A stretch of 64,000 nucleotides of DNA from Candidatus Omnitrophota bacterium (lineage in GTDB: Bacteria > Omnitrophota > Gorgyraeia > Zapsychrales > Fredricksoniimonadaceae): positions 37,916 to 101,915 of the forward strand of contig CAIOPG010000009.1 of NCBI GenBank assembly GCA_903860135.1. The letters are read 5' to 3'. Shown here in pieces: positions 1 through 9,217 of this stretch. The notes under the pieces were generated by a model. The model was not told the DNA's origin and searched no databases. It was given only the letters and a program-made list of their open reading frames with translations. How positions within the stretch are numbered: the stretch's first letter is position 1; every line of letters starts with the position of its first letter. The position numbers and the translations under genes are program-made.

Positions 1-1646
1 ATAAGAAAACAACCCCGTTATTTACGGACACCCTTGAACTGGATCTTGGATCCATTGAGCCCTGTGTTGCCGGCCCCAAACGTCCGCAGGATCGTGTGCG
101 CCTTGCCGCATTGAAAGACAGCTTCGCCGCGGCATTAACAGCTCCCGTCGGCCACAGGGGTTTTGGCGTGACAGCAGCGGCTGGCACGGCAACGGAAAGG
201 ATCGGCCGATCCAAAGACAGTATCACCCACGGCAGTGTGGTCCTGGCGGCGATCACCAGCTGTACGAACACATCCAATCCGTCGGTGCTTATCGGTGCCG
301 GCTTGCTGGCTAAAAAAGCCGTGGCCAAAGGGCTCTCCGTTAAGAAATTTGTGAAGACATCGCTGACACCCGGATCGCAGGTCGTCGATGCATATTTGAG
401 AAAGAGCGGCCTGATGCAAAGCCTCGAAGCACTTGGTTTTCATAATGCCGGTTACGGCTGTGCCACCTGCATCGGTAACAGCGGACCTTTGCCTGAAGCC
501 GTGGCCGCGGCTATCGAAAGAGGGAACCTCGTGGCTGTCAGCGTCACGTCGGGCAACCGTAATTTTGAAGGGCGGATCAATCCGCATGTCAAAGCCAATT
601 ACCTGGCTTCGCCCATGCTGGTGGTGGCTTTGGCGATAGCAGGAACGGTAAAGATAGATCTTTTTAACGAACCCCTGGGCTTTAACGCTAAAGGTAAAGC
701 TGTTTTCCTGAAAGACATCTGGCCGGCACAGCAAGACATTGCCCGGGCTGTGAAGAAATATGTAACCGCCAGCGTATTCAGCGGCAAATACAAGAAGGCC
801 ATCGAGGGCAGTCAGCATTGGAAGAATATCAAAGAATTGAAGACCGAACTTTACCCCTGGGATCACAAAAGTTCCTATATCCAGCAACCGCCATATTTTG
901 AAGCCATGGGCGACGGGCTTAAAGAGGTCAAGGCTATTGCCGGCGCACGGTGCCTTGTCATGGCCGGTGATTCGATCACGACCGACCATATTTCTCCGGC
1001 AGGCAATATTTCACGATCGTCTCCGGCAGGGCAGTACCTTCAGGGGCTGGGTATCGCTCCGGCTGATTTCAACAGTTATGGCGCACGCCGCGGGAATGAC
1101 CGGGTGATGAGCCGCGGGACTTTTGCCAATATCCGGCTGTGCAATAAACTGGCTCCTGGCACCGAAGGCGCATGGACAACCCATTTTCCGACGGGCGACA
1201 AATTGAGCATCTTCGATGCTTCTTGCCGCTACAAGAAAGATGGTGTTCCGCTGATCATCATCGCCGGCAAGGAATACGGCACAGGCTCGAGCCGCGACTG
1301 GGCCGCCAAAGGGCCTGCTCTTTTAGGGATCAATGCGGTCATCGCGGAAAGTTTCGAACGGATCCATCGTTCCAATCTCGCCGGCATGGGCATCCTTCCG
1401 CTCCAGTTCAAATCAGGTGACACGGCCGATACGCTCGGGCTTTCCGGCACCGAAACTTTTGATATTTCGGGCTTAGACAACAACCTTAAACCGCGCCAGG
1501 AACTGACAGTCAAGGCCACAATTTCAAATGGCAACGTCAAGCAATTCAATGTCATTGTCAGGCTCGACACACCGGTCGAGATTGATTATTACCGTCATGG
1601 GGGCATCTTGCAGACGGTCTTACGCCAATTGGCCGCTTCAGCTTAA
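1..1646 (+). CDS. acnA: aconitate hydratase A, C-terminal ~548 codons (5' end upstream of window)
   Basis: Frame is open from base 3. The translation has aconitase-family signatures ([48 protein letters not shown]). Stop TAA at 1644-1646. Confidence 0.85.
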   Translation, partial: KKTTPLFTDTLELDLGSIEPCVAGPKRPQDRVRLAALKDSFAAALTAPVGHRGFGVTAAAGTATERIGRSKDSITHGSVVLAAITSCTNTSNPSVLIGAGLLAKKAVAKGLSVKKFVKTSLTPGSQVVDAYLRKSGLMQSLEALGFHNAGYGCATCIGNSGPLPEAVAAAIERGNLVAVSVTSGNRNFEGRINPHVKANYLASPMLVVALAIAGTVKIDLFNEPLGFNAKGKAVFLKDIWPAQQDIARAVKKYVTASVFSGKYKKAIEGSQHWKNIKELKTELYPWDHKSSYIQQPPYFEAMGDGLKEVKAIAGARCLVMAGDSITTDHISPAGNISRSSPAGQYLQGLGIAPADFNSYGARRGNDRVMSRGTFANIRLCNKLAPGTEGAWTTHFPTGDKLSIFDASCRYKKDGVPLIIIAGKEYGTGSSRDWAAKGPALLGINAVIAESFERIHRSNLAGMGILPLQFKSGDTADTLGLSGTETFDISGLDNNLKPRQELTVKATISNGNVKQFNVIVRLDTPVEIDYYRHGGILQTVLRQLAASA

Positions 1647-1666
1647 ATCGCACAGAGGAGTTATTA

Positions 1667-3075
1667 TGGGTAAAACAATGTATCAGAAAATTTGGGACGC
1701 TCACCTTGTCCACGAGGGGCAGGGAACAGCTTCTTTATTGTATGTCGACCGTCATCTTGTCCATGAAGTGACAAGCCCGCAGGCTTTTGAAGGCTTGCGC
1801 ATGGCCGGGCGCAAGGTGCGCTGTCCGCAAAAGACATTCGCGACCATGGACCACAATGTGCCCACGCGCAGCCGTGACCTTGCGACGACAAAAGAAGTTT
1901 CACGTGTTCAGTTGACGCAGTTGAAAAAGAATTGTGATGAATTCGGGGTCAAATGTTACGACCTCAATGATGACGATCAGGGTGTGGTGCATATCATCGG
2001 GCCGGAGATGGGGCTGACCCAGCCGGGCATGATCATCGTGTGCGGCGATTCTCACACCGCGACACATGGCGCTTTCGGCGCTTTGGCTTTTGGCATTGGT
2101 ACTTCCGAGGTTGAGCATGTCATGGCCACCCAAACCCTTCAGCAAAAACTGTCCAAGACCATGCTGATCAATATCAATGGTGTTTTGGGCAACGGGGTAA
2201 CACCTAAAGATGTTATTTTATATGTGATCGGACTGATCGGTACAGCCGGTGCCACAGGCTACATCATTGAATACGCCGGGAATGTTATCCGTCAGATGAG
2301 CATGGAAGGCCGCATGACCATTTGCAATATGTCCATTGAAGCGGGGGCGCGCGCCGGGATGATCGCGCCCGATGACAAGACCTTCACCTATTTGCAAGGC
2401 CGTGATCATTCTCCCAAAGGGGATCACTGGGTCAAAGCGATCGCCTGGTGGAAAAGCCTGACCAGTGATACCGACGCTGTTTTTGATCATGTGCTCAACA
2501 TCAAGGCTGAAGCCATTGCTCCCCAGGTCACCTGGGGGACAAGCCCCGGCCAGGTCATAGCTGTTGATGCGCTTGTCCCGGATCCGGCGCAATTTAAAGA
2601 TACCGCCGAGAAGACGGCGGCGATAAACGCCCTGCGCTATATGGGGCTTGAGGCGGGCATGAAGATCACGGATATCAAGATAGATGTTGTCTTTATCGGA
2701 TCGTGCACCAACGGCCGCATTGAAGACTTGCGCGCGGCGGCGGCGGTTCTTAAAGGCAGGAAAGTTTCGCCTGGGGTGCAGGCCCTTATTGTTCCCGGTT
2801 CGGGCCGGGTCAAGCGGTATGCCGAGCGTGAAGGGCTGGACAAGATCTTTACCGATGCCGGTTGTGAATGGCGTTATGCCGGCTGTTCCATGTGCCTGGC
2901 CATGAATGATGATTACCTGACACCCGGCCAGCGCAGTGCCTCGACGTCCAACCGTAACTTTGAAGGGCGCCAGGGTCCTGGCGGGCGCACGCACCTGGTA
3001 AGCCCAGAAATGGCTGCCGCTGCCGCGATCACAGGACATATTACGGATATCAGAGAATTCACCCACAGAGGATGA
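1667..3075 (+). CDS. leuC: 3-isopropylmalate dehydratase large subunit
   Basis: ATG at 1667 follows the RBS AGAGGAG (1654-1660). N-terminus [15 protein letters not shown] and the VCGDSHT and [11 protein letters not shown] motifs are typical LeuC. 469 aa. Confidence 0.9.
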
Positions 3076-3689
3076 CCATGGAACCTTTTACGATGTTGAC
3101 CAGTATTGCTGTACCGATTGATCGTTCCAATGTTGATACCGATGCGATCATCCCCAAACAGTTCTTGAAAAAGATCGAACGCACGGGCTTCGGGAAGCAT
3201 TTGTTCCATGAGTGGCGTTACACCGACTATGAAGGAACCAGGGAGAACCCTGATTTTATCCTTAACAAGCCGCCTTTCCGTTCGGCCAAGATCCTTCTGG
3301 CACGCGATAATTTTGGTTGCGGGTCATCGCGTGAACATGCCCCCTGGGCCCTTTATGACTTTGGGTTCCGGTGCATTATTGCGCCTAGCTTTGCGGATAT
3401 TTTTTATAATAACTGCATCAAGAACGGGATCCTTCCCGTTACTTTGAAGAATGAAGAAATGGATGAACTTTTTGCTGTCGCGGCTTTTGGTAAATCCGGC
3501 CTGATCGCCGTGGATCTGGACAAACAGGTTGTCGGCGCCGCCGGGATGAAATTCGCATTTCAGGTAGAGCCGTTCAATAAAGACTGCCTTTTGAAAGGGC
3601 TTGATCAGATCGGCTGGTCACTCCAGTACGCCGAGAAGATCAATGCATTTGAAGCAGGTATCGCAGGATCAAAGCCCTGGCTTCAATAA
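3072..3689 (+). CDS. leuD: 3-isopropylmalate dehydratase small subunit
   Basis: ATGA start/stop overlap with leuC. LeuD-like sequence ([30 protein letters not shown]). 205 aa. Confidence 0.9.
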   Translation: MTMEPFTMLTSIAVPIDRSNVDTDAIIPKQFLKKIERTGFGKHLFHEWRYTDYEGTRENPDFILNKPPFRSAKILLARDNFGCGSSREHAPWALYDFGFRCIIAPSFADIFYNNCIKNGILPVTLKNEEMDELFAVAAFGKSGLIAVDLDKQVVGAAGMKFAFQVEPFNKDCLLKGLDQIGWSLQYAEKINAFEAGIAGSKPWLQ

Positions 3690-3713
3690 CCAGCATGCGC
3701 AGATGAGGCTTTT

Positions 3714-4784
3714 ATGGCAGGCAATACTTTTGGGAATATCTTTCGTGTTACGACCTTTGGCGAAAGCCATGGGAAGGCTATTGGCTGTGTGATCGACGGG
3801 GTGCCGCCGAACATCATTCTTTCTGAAAAAGATATACAGCCTGATCTTGACCGCCGTCAACCCGGCCAAAGCGCCGTGACAACAGCCCGGCAGGAAAAAG
3901 ACCAGGTTGAAATTCTTTCCGGTGTCCTTGAAGGACGGACAACAGGAACATCCCTGGCGATGATCATCCGCAATAATGATCAGCATTCTGCGGATTATGC
4001 GGCCATCAAGGATGTCTTTCGTCCGGGGCACGCGGATTATACTTATTTCAAGAAATTCGGCATCCGCGACCATCGCGGCGGTGGCAGGTCATCGGGCCGC
4101 GAAACAGCCGCCCGTGTGGCCGCCGGCGCTGTGGCTAGGAAAATTCTGGCGCTGGAAGGTGTCCGTATCCTGGCGTATACCCTTTCCGTCGGTGATGTCC
4201 GTGCGGAAAGCATCAATTATGATGTCATTGAACAGAATATCGTTCGTTCACCGGATATGCGCCAGGCCCAGGCCATGATCGCCAGGATCAACGCGGTGAA
4301 AGAAAGTGGCGATTCTATCGGCGGTATTGTGGAAGGTGTCATCCTGGGTTGTCCCGCCGGCTGGGGGGATCCTGTTTTTGATAAACTTGAGGCCAGGCTT
4401 GCCTACGCCATGCTTTCTATCGGCGCCGTGAAAGGGATCGAGTTCGGGGCAGGGTTTGCTGCGGCCGCGATGACAGGGTCTGAGCACAATGACACGCCGG
4501 TCATTGAAGATACCTATCTTAAGACATCGAACAATCTGGCTGGCGGCATTGTCGGCGGTATCAGTACCGGCGAAGGGATCCGTTTCCGTCTTGCTGTCAA
4601 ACCAACCTCATCGATCGCGCGCCCGCAGATAGCGGCCTACAAGGATCTGGCCCTGCAATCCATCCAGATCCAGGGGCGCCATGATCCATGCCTTTGCCCG
4701 CGCATGGTCCCTGTTGTTGAGGCCATGGCCGCCCTGGTGCTGGTCGACGCTTTGCTAATGCAAAAGACAGTCCTTCCTTCATGA
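3714..4784 (+). CDS. aroC: chorismate synthase
   Basis: N-terminus MAGNTFGNIFRVTTFGESHGKAIGCVIDGVPP and GGGRSSGRETAARVAAGA are chorismate synthase hallmarks. 356 aa. Confidence 0.9.
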   Translation: MAGNTFGNIFRVTTFGESHGKAIGCVIDGVPPNIILSEKDIQPDLDRRQPGQSAVTTARQEKDQVEILSGVLEGRTTGTSLAMIIRNNDQHSADYAAIKDVFRPGHADYTYFKKFGIRDHRGGGRSSGRETAARVAAGAVARKILALEGVRILAYTLSVGDVRAESINYDVIEQNIVRSPDMRQAQAMIARINAVKESGDSIGGIVEGVILGCPAGWGDPVFDKLEARLAYAMLSIGAVKGIEFGAGFAAAAMTGSEHNDTPVIEDTYLKTSNNLAGGIVGGISTGEGIRFRLAVKPTSSIARPQIAAYKDLALQSIQIQGRHDPCLCPRMVPVVEAMAALVLVDALLMQKTVLPS

Positions 4785-5656
4785 AGGCCTTGCGTCCGCG
4801 TGTTATCCTGATCACAGGCTGTTCGAGCGGCTTCGGCTTATTAACGGCCGCGAGGCTTTCTGCGGCGGGGCATCATGTCCATGCGTGCCTGCGCGACTTG
4901 AAGAAACGGGGGCCGCTCGAAGCTGAAACAGTCGCGCGTAAAGGTATGGCCAACCTTTTTATCCATCAGATGGACGTCGCGGATATTGCATCTGTAAAGG
5001 CCGCTGTGGCTGAAATCGTCGCGCACGAAGGTTTTATGGATGTCCTGATAAACAATGCGGGTTTTGGCATCGGAGGTTTTTTTGAAGACCTTTCCGACGC
5101 AGACTGGCGCCAGCAGTTCGACACCAATTTTTTCGGTGTCCTTAATGTCACACGCGCGGTCCTTCCGTTGATGCGTCAACGCCGCTGTGGCCGTATCATC
5201 AATATATCGAGCATGGCCGCATTTTCAGGGTCTCCGGCGTTCAGTGCTTATGTGTCGAGCAAGTGGGCCCTCGAAGGCTTTTCAGAATGTCTTTATATGG
5301 AATTAAAACCTTTCGGCATTGACGTTGTTTTGGTTGAACCCGGTTCTTACCGTACCGGGATATTTGATCAAAATGCCCGTTATGCCCAATATTTTTTTGA
5401 TCAGAAAAGCCCTTATTACCCGATGAGCCAGCGCTTAAAGGCGTTCATCGAGAAATATATCCGCCGCTCCCTCCGTTCACCCGAAGAAGTGGCGGTTGTT
5501 CTTGAAAAGCTTTCCACAAGTCCTCATGTCAGCTTCCGTCATGTCATCGGCCTCGTGTCCCGGTTACGCTGTTGGACTGTGCGGCATATGCCGTTCAAGT
5601 TCTATGCCTGGATGCTCGGTAAAATATTTCTCAGCCGCCCTAAACCGCATGACTGA
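4781..5656 (+). CDS. short-chain dehydrogenase/reductase family oxidoreductase
   Basis: ATGA overlap with aroC. Rossmann motif TGCSSGFG, NNAG, and the catalytic S...YxxSK (YVSSKWA). Confidence 0.8.
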   Translation: MKALRPRVILITGCSSGFGLLTAARLSAAGHHVHACLRDLKKRGPLEAETVARKGMANLFIHQMDVADIASVKAAVAEIVAHEGFMDVLINNAGFGIGGFFEDLSDADWRQQFDTNFFGVLNVTRAVLPLMRQRRCGRIINISSMAAFSGSPAFSAYVSSKWALEGFSECLYMELKPFGIDVVLVEPGSYRTGIFDQNARYAQYFFDQKSPYYPMSQRLKAFIEKYIRRSLRSPEEVAVVLEKLSTSPHVSFRHVIGLVSRLRCWTVRHMPFKFYAWMLGKIFLSRPKPHD

Positions 5657-7838
5657 ACCAGCCTCATTCCTTCACCGCTGTTCGCTGGTCAAAAGGATAC
5701 CTGTCTTTTCCGGGTTGAGCTGGTTCCGTGTGCAGTCCATTGCCAGATCCGGCGAGATCATATTGTACAAGAAAGGGGACATTGTTTCCCGCAAAGGCAA
5801 TGCGCCCGACTTTGTCTATTTCCTTGATTCCGGCCGTTTGCAGTCATACTCGCCAGATGCTTCGGGCGGGAAAGATGATATTGAATTCATTCACCGCGGC
5901 ATGTTCTTCGGGATCATTTCCACCTTGACGGGGCAGGAACATTCCCAGACGTTTGAAGCCATCAATGATTCCATCATTTTCCGCATTCCGTTCACAGCTT
6001 TCCGGCGGTTGCTCAAACAGGCTCCGCGGCTGGGCATCAAATTCAGCAAGATCCTTTCCCAGCGCATCCGCAGCAAGCTCACACGCACGGAACTGGTGAG
6101 CCGCAGTACCATCATTTCAGTTTATGCGCCTATCGCCGGTTCGGGCGGATCTACGTATGCCGTCAATCTGGCGCTGAGCCTTTCCAAGGAAACAGGGCGA
6201 CGGGTGATATGGGTCAGTATCCGTTCCAGGCATTTTCCACCTTACACGGCGGTATCTGATATCAGCGAAGTCCGCCCGGCGTGGACCCGCGATCCTTTGG
6301 ATATCATCGCCCTTGCCGATAATTTTGAACTTATCCCCGGGCATATCATTAAAAGCGATGCCGGCATTGACCTTTTGAACGTGGTTTTTGACCCGAAAGA
6401 CCCTTCCATTGTTGAACATATCAGTGAGTTTATCAGCCGTTTCATTGATGAATACCGTTATGTGGTTCTTGATCTGCCCAGTGATATGGATGCTGTTGTC
6501 ATTAAAACGCTGTCGCAATCTGATCTTGTTCATCTCGTGATGGTGCGTAAACGCGAAGCCCTTGTGGTAGGCCGGGCTGTATTAGACAGGATCGAAGATT
6601 CTTTCAAAGATGGTTTTACCGAAGACCGCGTCAAGGTCATTATCGGCGGCGTGAGTGCCCACCGCAACATTGTCGAAGAAACGGTGCGCAGCCTTCTGGA
6701 TTATAAGGTTACAGGTTTTCTTCCGCATATCCAGCGCAAGGATTTCAGCGGGCAGGTCGATCTCGGGGCTGTTTCTTTCATGGGGCTTGATCCCGTGAGC
6801 CCCTACCGCAAGGTTGTTACCCGTATCGCGCGCGACATCTCGGGCGTATCGATCGGCCTTGTGCTCGGCGGCGGTGCCGCCTTTGGCCTGGCGCATATCG
6901 GCGTGCTCAAGGTCCTTGAAGAAGAAGGGATCCCTGTGGATATTGTAGCCGGGAGTTCGATGGGGGCATTGATCGGCAGTCTCTGGGCATCCGGTTACAA
7001 GGCCGCTGACATTGAAAAGATGGCTTTTGAATTCAGGAAAAGGTCCAATCTGATCAAATTGATCGATCTGGTCATCCCTGTTTCAGGTATTATCAGCGGT
7101 AAAGCCGTGATGTCCTGGCTGCGCGGCAAACTCGGCAAACGCACATTCCGCGATACCAAGATCCCGCTGAAAATTGTTGCCTATGACCTCATGCATCGCC
7201 GGGACCTGATCTTCAGTGAAGGTTCGATCATTGAGGCCATACGTAAAAGCATATCGATCCCCGGTGTTTTTCAACCCGTTATTTCCAAGGATCAGCTGAT
7301 CATCGATGGCGGCGTCATGAACCCGTTGCCAACCGATGTCCTGATCCATGCCGGTGTCAAACGCATCATTGCGGTGAATGTGCTTCAGTCGCCCGAAGAT
7401 GTTATCAAGGGTTACGAAAAAACAAGCCGCGAACTGGAGAAGTCACTGCAAGTGCAATTCATGCATGCCCCCCTGGAATACATCACCATCCACATCAAGT
7501 TATGGCTCAGCCGTAAATTCTTTCCCAATATCTCCGACATCATGGTGCGCACCCTTGAAGCTTCCGAAAGCACCCTGGCCGTCCAGAGTGGTCGGGCCGC
7601 CGATGTCCTGATCCATCCTGATCTGTCAGGCCTCAACTGGTACGACCTTCATCAAGCCGAGCTCCTGATCAACCAAGGCGAAGCCGCCGCCCGCGCCAGC
7701 CTCGATCAATTGAGACGCATCGTGACGCATCCGGGACCAGATAACCGAAAAAATATTAGTGTCAGGTCTCCCGAAAGTCAAAATATTAATATTAGTGTCA
7801 CGAATATTAGTGTCAGGTCTCCCGAAAGTCATATGTAA
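5649..7838 (+). CDS. cyclic-nucleotide-binding domain / degenerate ParA-MinD-like domain / patatin-like phospholipase fusion protein
   Basis: ATG at 5649 is in frame with ORF 5496-7838 and overlaps the SDR stop. The N-terminal region is a cNMP-binding (CAP_ED-like) fold. The middle region resembles a ParA/MinD fold whose Walker A has lost its lysine (VYAPIAGSGGSTYAVNLALSL). The C-terminal patatin domain has GGGAAFGLAHIGV, the GSSMG nucleophile elbow and DGG. Confidence 0.75.
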   Translation: MTEPASFLHRCSLVKRIPVFSGLSWFRVQSIARSGEIILYKKGDIVSRKGNAPDFVYFLDSGRLQSYSPDASGGKDDIEFIHRGMFFGIISTLTGQEHSQTFEAINDSIIFRIPFTAFRRLLKQAPRLGIKFSKILSQRIRSKLTRTELVSRSTIISVYAPIAGSGGSTYAVNLALSLSKETGRRVIWVSIRSRHFPPYTAVSDISEVRPAWTRDPLDIIALADNFELIPGHIIKSDAGIDLLNVVFDPKDPSIVEHISEFISRFIDEYRYVVLDLPSDMDAVVIKTLSQSDLVHLVMVRKREALVVGRAVLDRIEDSFKDGFTEDRVKVIIGGVSAHRNIVEETVRSLLDYKVTGFLPHIQRKDFSGQVDLGAVSFMGLDPVSPYRKVVTRIARDISGVSIGLVLGGGAAFGLAHIGVLKVLEEEGIPVDIVAGSSMGALIGSLWASGYKAADIEKMAFEFRKRSNLIKLIDLVIPVSGIISGKAVMSWLRGKLGKRTFRDTKIPLKIVAYDLMHRRDLIFSEGSIIEAIRKSISIPGVFQPVISKDQLIIDGGVMNPLPTDVLIHAGVKRIIAVNVLQSPEDVIKGYEKTSRELEKSLQVQFMHAPLEYITIHIKLWLSRKFFPNISDIMVRTLEASESTLAVQSGRAADVLIHPDLSGLNWYDLHQAELLINQGEAAARASLDQLRRIVTHPGPDNRKNISVRSPESQNINISVTNISVRSPESHM
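7752..7831. repeat. 29-bp perfect direct repeat (aatattagtgtcaggtctcccgaaagtca) x2 plus a partial copy between
   Basis: Identical 29-mers at 7752-7780 and 7803-7831 and a partial attagtgtca at 7791-7800. They encode the duplicated ISVRSPES tail of the patatin-fusion protein. Confidence 0.9.
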
Positions 7839-8125
7839 CAATAGCTTAAGTCTTAATCCTTGTTGATGATGTGCCGTAATAGACTTCGCGAAATAGGGTG
7901 CGGTATTTTTTTGTTGCGTCGAATTTGTGGGTAATATAAGATACGGCAGGATCAGGCTACCCCAGTCTGATGGAGAGAATAGAGTTAAGTGGTATTGAAT
8001 AGACTGCAAGTAGGTGGGGTTATCTGACCTTAAAGCCGTGTCGCAGAAATCAAATCGGATAACGATGTCTGATTTTAAGAACGCTGCTATCTGTTTGTAA
8101 AGCTTGAGGGGTTTGTTATCAGTAA

Positions 8126-8138
8126 TTATAGGAAGTTT
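8126..8138. repeat. partial (13/19) copy of the att-like 19-mer (attataggaagtt)
   Basis: Matches the 3' 13 bases of the 19-bp repeat found at 9153 and 19234. Confidence 0.5.
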
Positions 8139-8285
8139 ATCGGCAATTTATTGGCAATTCGTCGGCAATAAGGTATAAATGCTTATTTCTGTTTAAATCT
8201 ACCGTGATGATGGTGTTGCATTACCCACTTGTTACATATGTCATAGTGTGTTATATTCTTACTGGATAAGAAAGGAGTATTGATT

Positions 8286-8528
8286 ATGCTACTGACAATA
8301 GATTCTCGTAAAAGGATCCCACTAGGCAAGGTTCTTCTAGACACGGATGTTACTTTGTTTGACGCCAAGGTCGACGATAGCGGAAGGATCATCCTAGAGC
8401 CTATGCGCGCAGTTCCCGAAAGGGAGGCGTGGTTATACCAGAATCCCAAGGCTCTGGATTCCGTGATGATGGGACTCAAGGACTCTACCGAAGGACGGGT
8501 TAAGACTTATATCTCAAAAGAGAAATAG
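8286..8528 (+). CDS. type II antitoxin, AbrB/MazE/SpoVT-like
   Basis: ATG is 8 nt after the RBS AAAGGAG. The SRKRIPLGKV swapped-hairpin-like N-terminus. Lies immediately upstream of the toxin gene with a 2-nt gap. Confidence 0.5.
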   Translation: MLLTIDSRKRIPLGKVLLDTDVTLFDAKVDDSGRIILEPMRAVPEREAWLYQNPKALDSVMMGLKDSTEGRVKTYISKEK

Positions 8529-8530
8529 AT

Positions 8531-8821
8531 ATGTTCAAGGTCTTAACCACGATAACATTCGACGAAGAGTTTGCCGCATTGCGTCAGCAGAGGTCTATGG
8601 TTGCCAGGGTCAAGGCGATTGAAAAAACGCTTAAGTTATTGTCTAACCCAAGGCATCCTGGTCTTCAAACGCATGAGTTTACTTCACTCAAGGGTCCTAA
8701 CGGTGCCAAGGTCTTTGAGGCGTATGCCCAGCAGAATACACCCGCAGCTTACAGAGTGTTTTGGCATTACGGCCCTGGCCGGAACGAGATCACAGTCGTT
8801 GCCTTTACGTCCCATCCGTGA
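8531..8821 (+). CDS. type II toxin, RelE/ParE superfamily-like
   Basis: 96 aa, basic. The C-terminus YRVFWHYGPGRNEITVVAFTSHP fits a RelE/ParE-type fold. Antitoxin-then-toxin gene order. Confidence 0.5.
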   Translation: MFKVLTTITFDEEFAALRQQRSMVARVKAIEKTLKLLSNPRHPGLQTHEFTSLKGPNGAKVFEAYAQQNTPAAYRVFWHYGPGRNEITVVAFTSHP

Positions 8822-8910
8822 AATAGTGACTGTTACAAATCGGTGGGACACGTACGGAATACCCACATTAACACCCCAGCCTTCAAACGCATCAATATCA
8901 TTCAGTTTTT

Positions 8911-9039
8911 GGTCCTGGCGGAGAGAAGGTTTTTGAAGCTTATGCCGAGAACAATACGCCGGTGGCGTATAGAATTTTATTTTATTACGGCCATGTCCGC
9001 AGTGAAATTGATATTCTAATGATCGTTCCGCACCCTTAA
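8911..9039 (+). pseudogene. 3' fragment of a second, diverged RelE/ParE-like toxin gene
   Basis: Translates as GPGGEKVFEAYAENNTPVAYRILFYYGHVRSEIDILMIVPHP*, colinear with the toxin C-terminus (KGPNGAKVFEAYAQQNTPAAYRVFWHYGPGRNEITVVAFTSHP*). There is no start codon or N-terminal part. Confidence 0.55.
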
Positions 9040-9152
9040 TAAAATAGGGGATGGATGAAATTTCAAACGGATACGTATAATTTTGATGGTGAAGCCTCCA
9101 GGCAACCTAATGCGTATTACTCTGATTGCTCCCGCACAGTCGTACTTAACAT

Positions 9153-9171
9153 AACATATATTATAGGAAGT
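9153..9171. repeat. 19-bp direct repeat ACATATATTATAGGAAGTT (left copy, putative attL)
   Basis: Identical 19-mer recurs at 19234-19252, 10,081 bp away. Confidence 0.8.
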
Positions 9172-9185
9172 TCGTAATATAGCGA

Positions 9186-9216
9186 TCTAGCGTAAAAGAA
9201 ACGGTAAAACGCTAGA
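9186..9216. promoter_or_regulatory. 8-bp inverted repeat tctagcgt-N15-acgctaga abutting the rep start codon (candidate operator/hairpin)
   Basis: Perfect inverted repeat ending 1 nt before the ATG at 9218. Confidence 0.3.
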
Positions 9217-9217
9217 C

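Noticed and set aside
135-989. 284-aa ORF on minus strand
   Set aside because: Antisense to the well-supported acnA frame. No family resemblance. A GC-rich coding region produces long antisense ORFs.
2218-3066. 282-aa minus-strand ORF inside leuC
   Set aside because: Antisense shadow ORF of leuC.
5496-5648. Upstream extension of the patatin-fusion ORF (track start 5496)
   Set aside because: It would overlap the SDR gene by 160 nt. The in-frame ATG at 5649 overlapping the SDR stop is the parsimonious start.
7752-7831. Possible CRISPR array
   Set aside because: Only two full copies and one partial, inside a CDS, with no cas genes. It is a simple tandem duplication.
8183-8479. 98-aa minus-strand ORF opposite the antitoxin
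   Set aside because: Antisense to the antitoxin and no RBS.
8571-8936. 121-aa plus-strand ORF overlapping the toxin gene in another frame
   Set aside because: An alternative frame of the toxin locus. It has no features, and the toxin frame is better supported by the homology of the downstream fragment.
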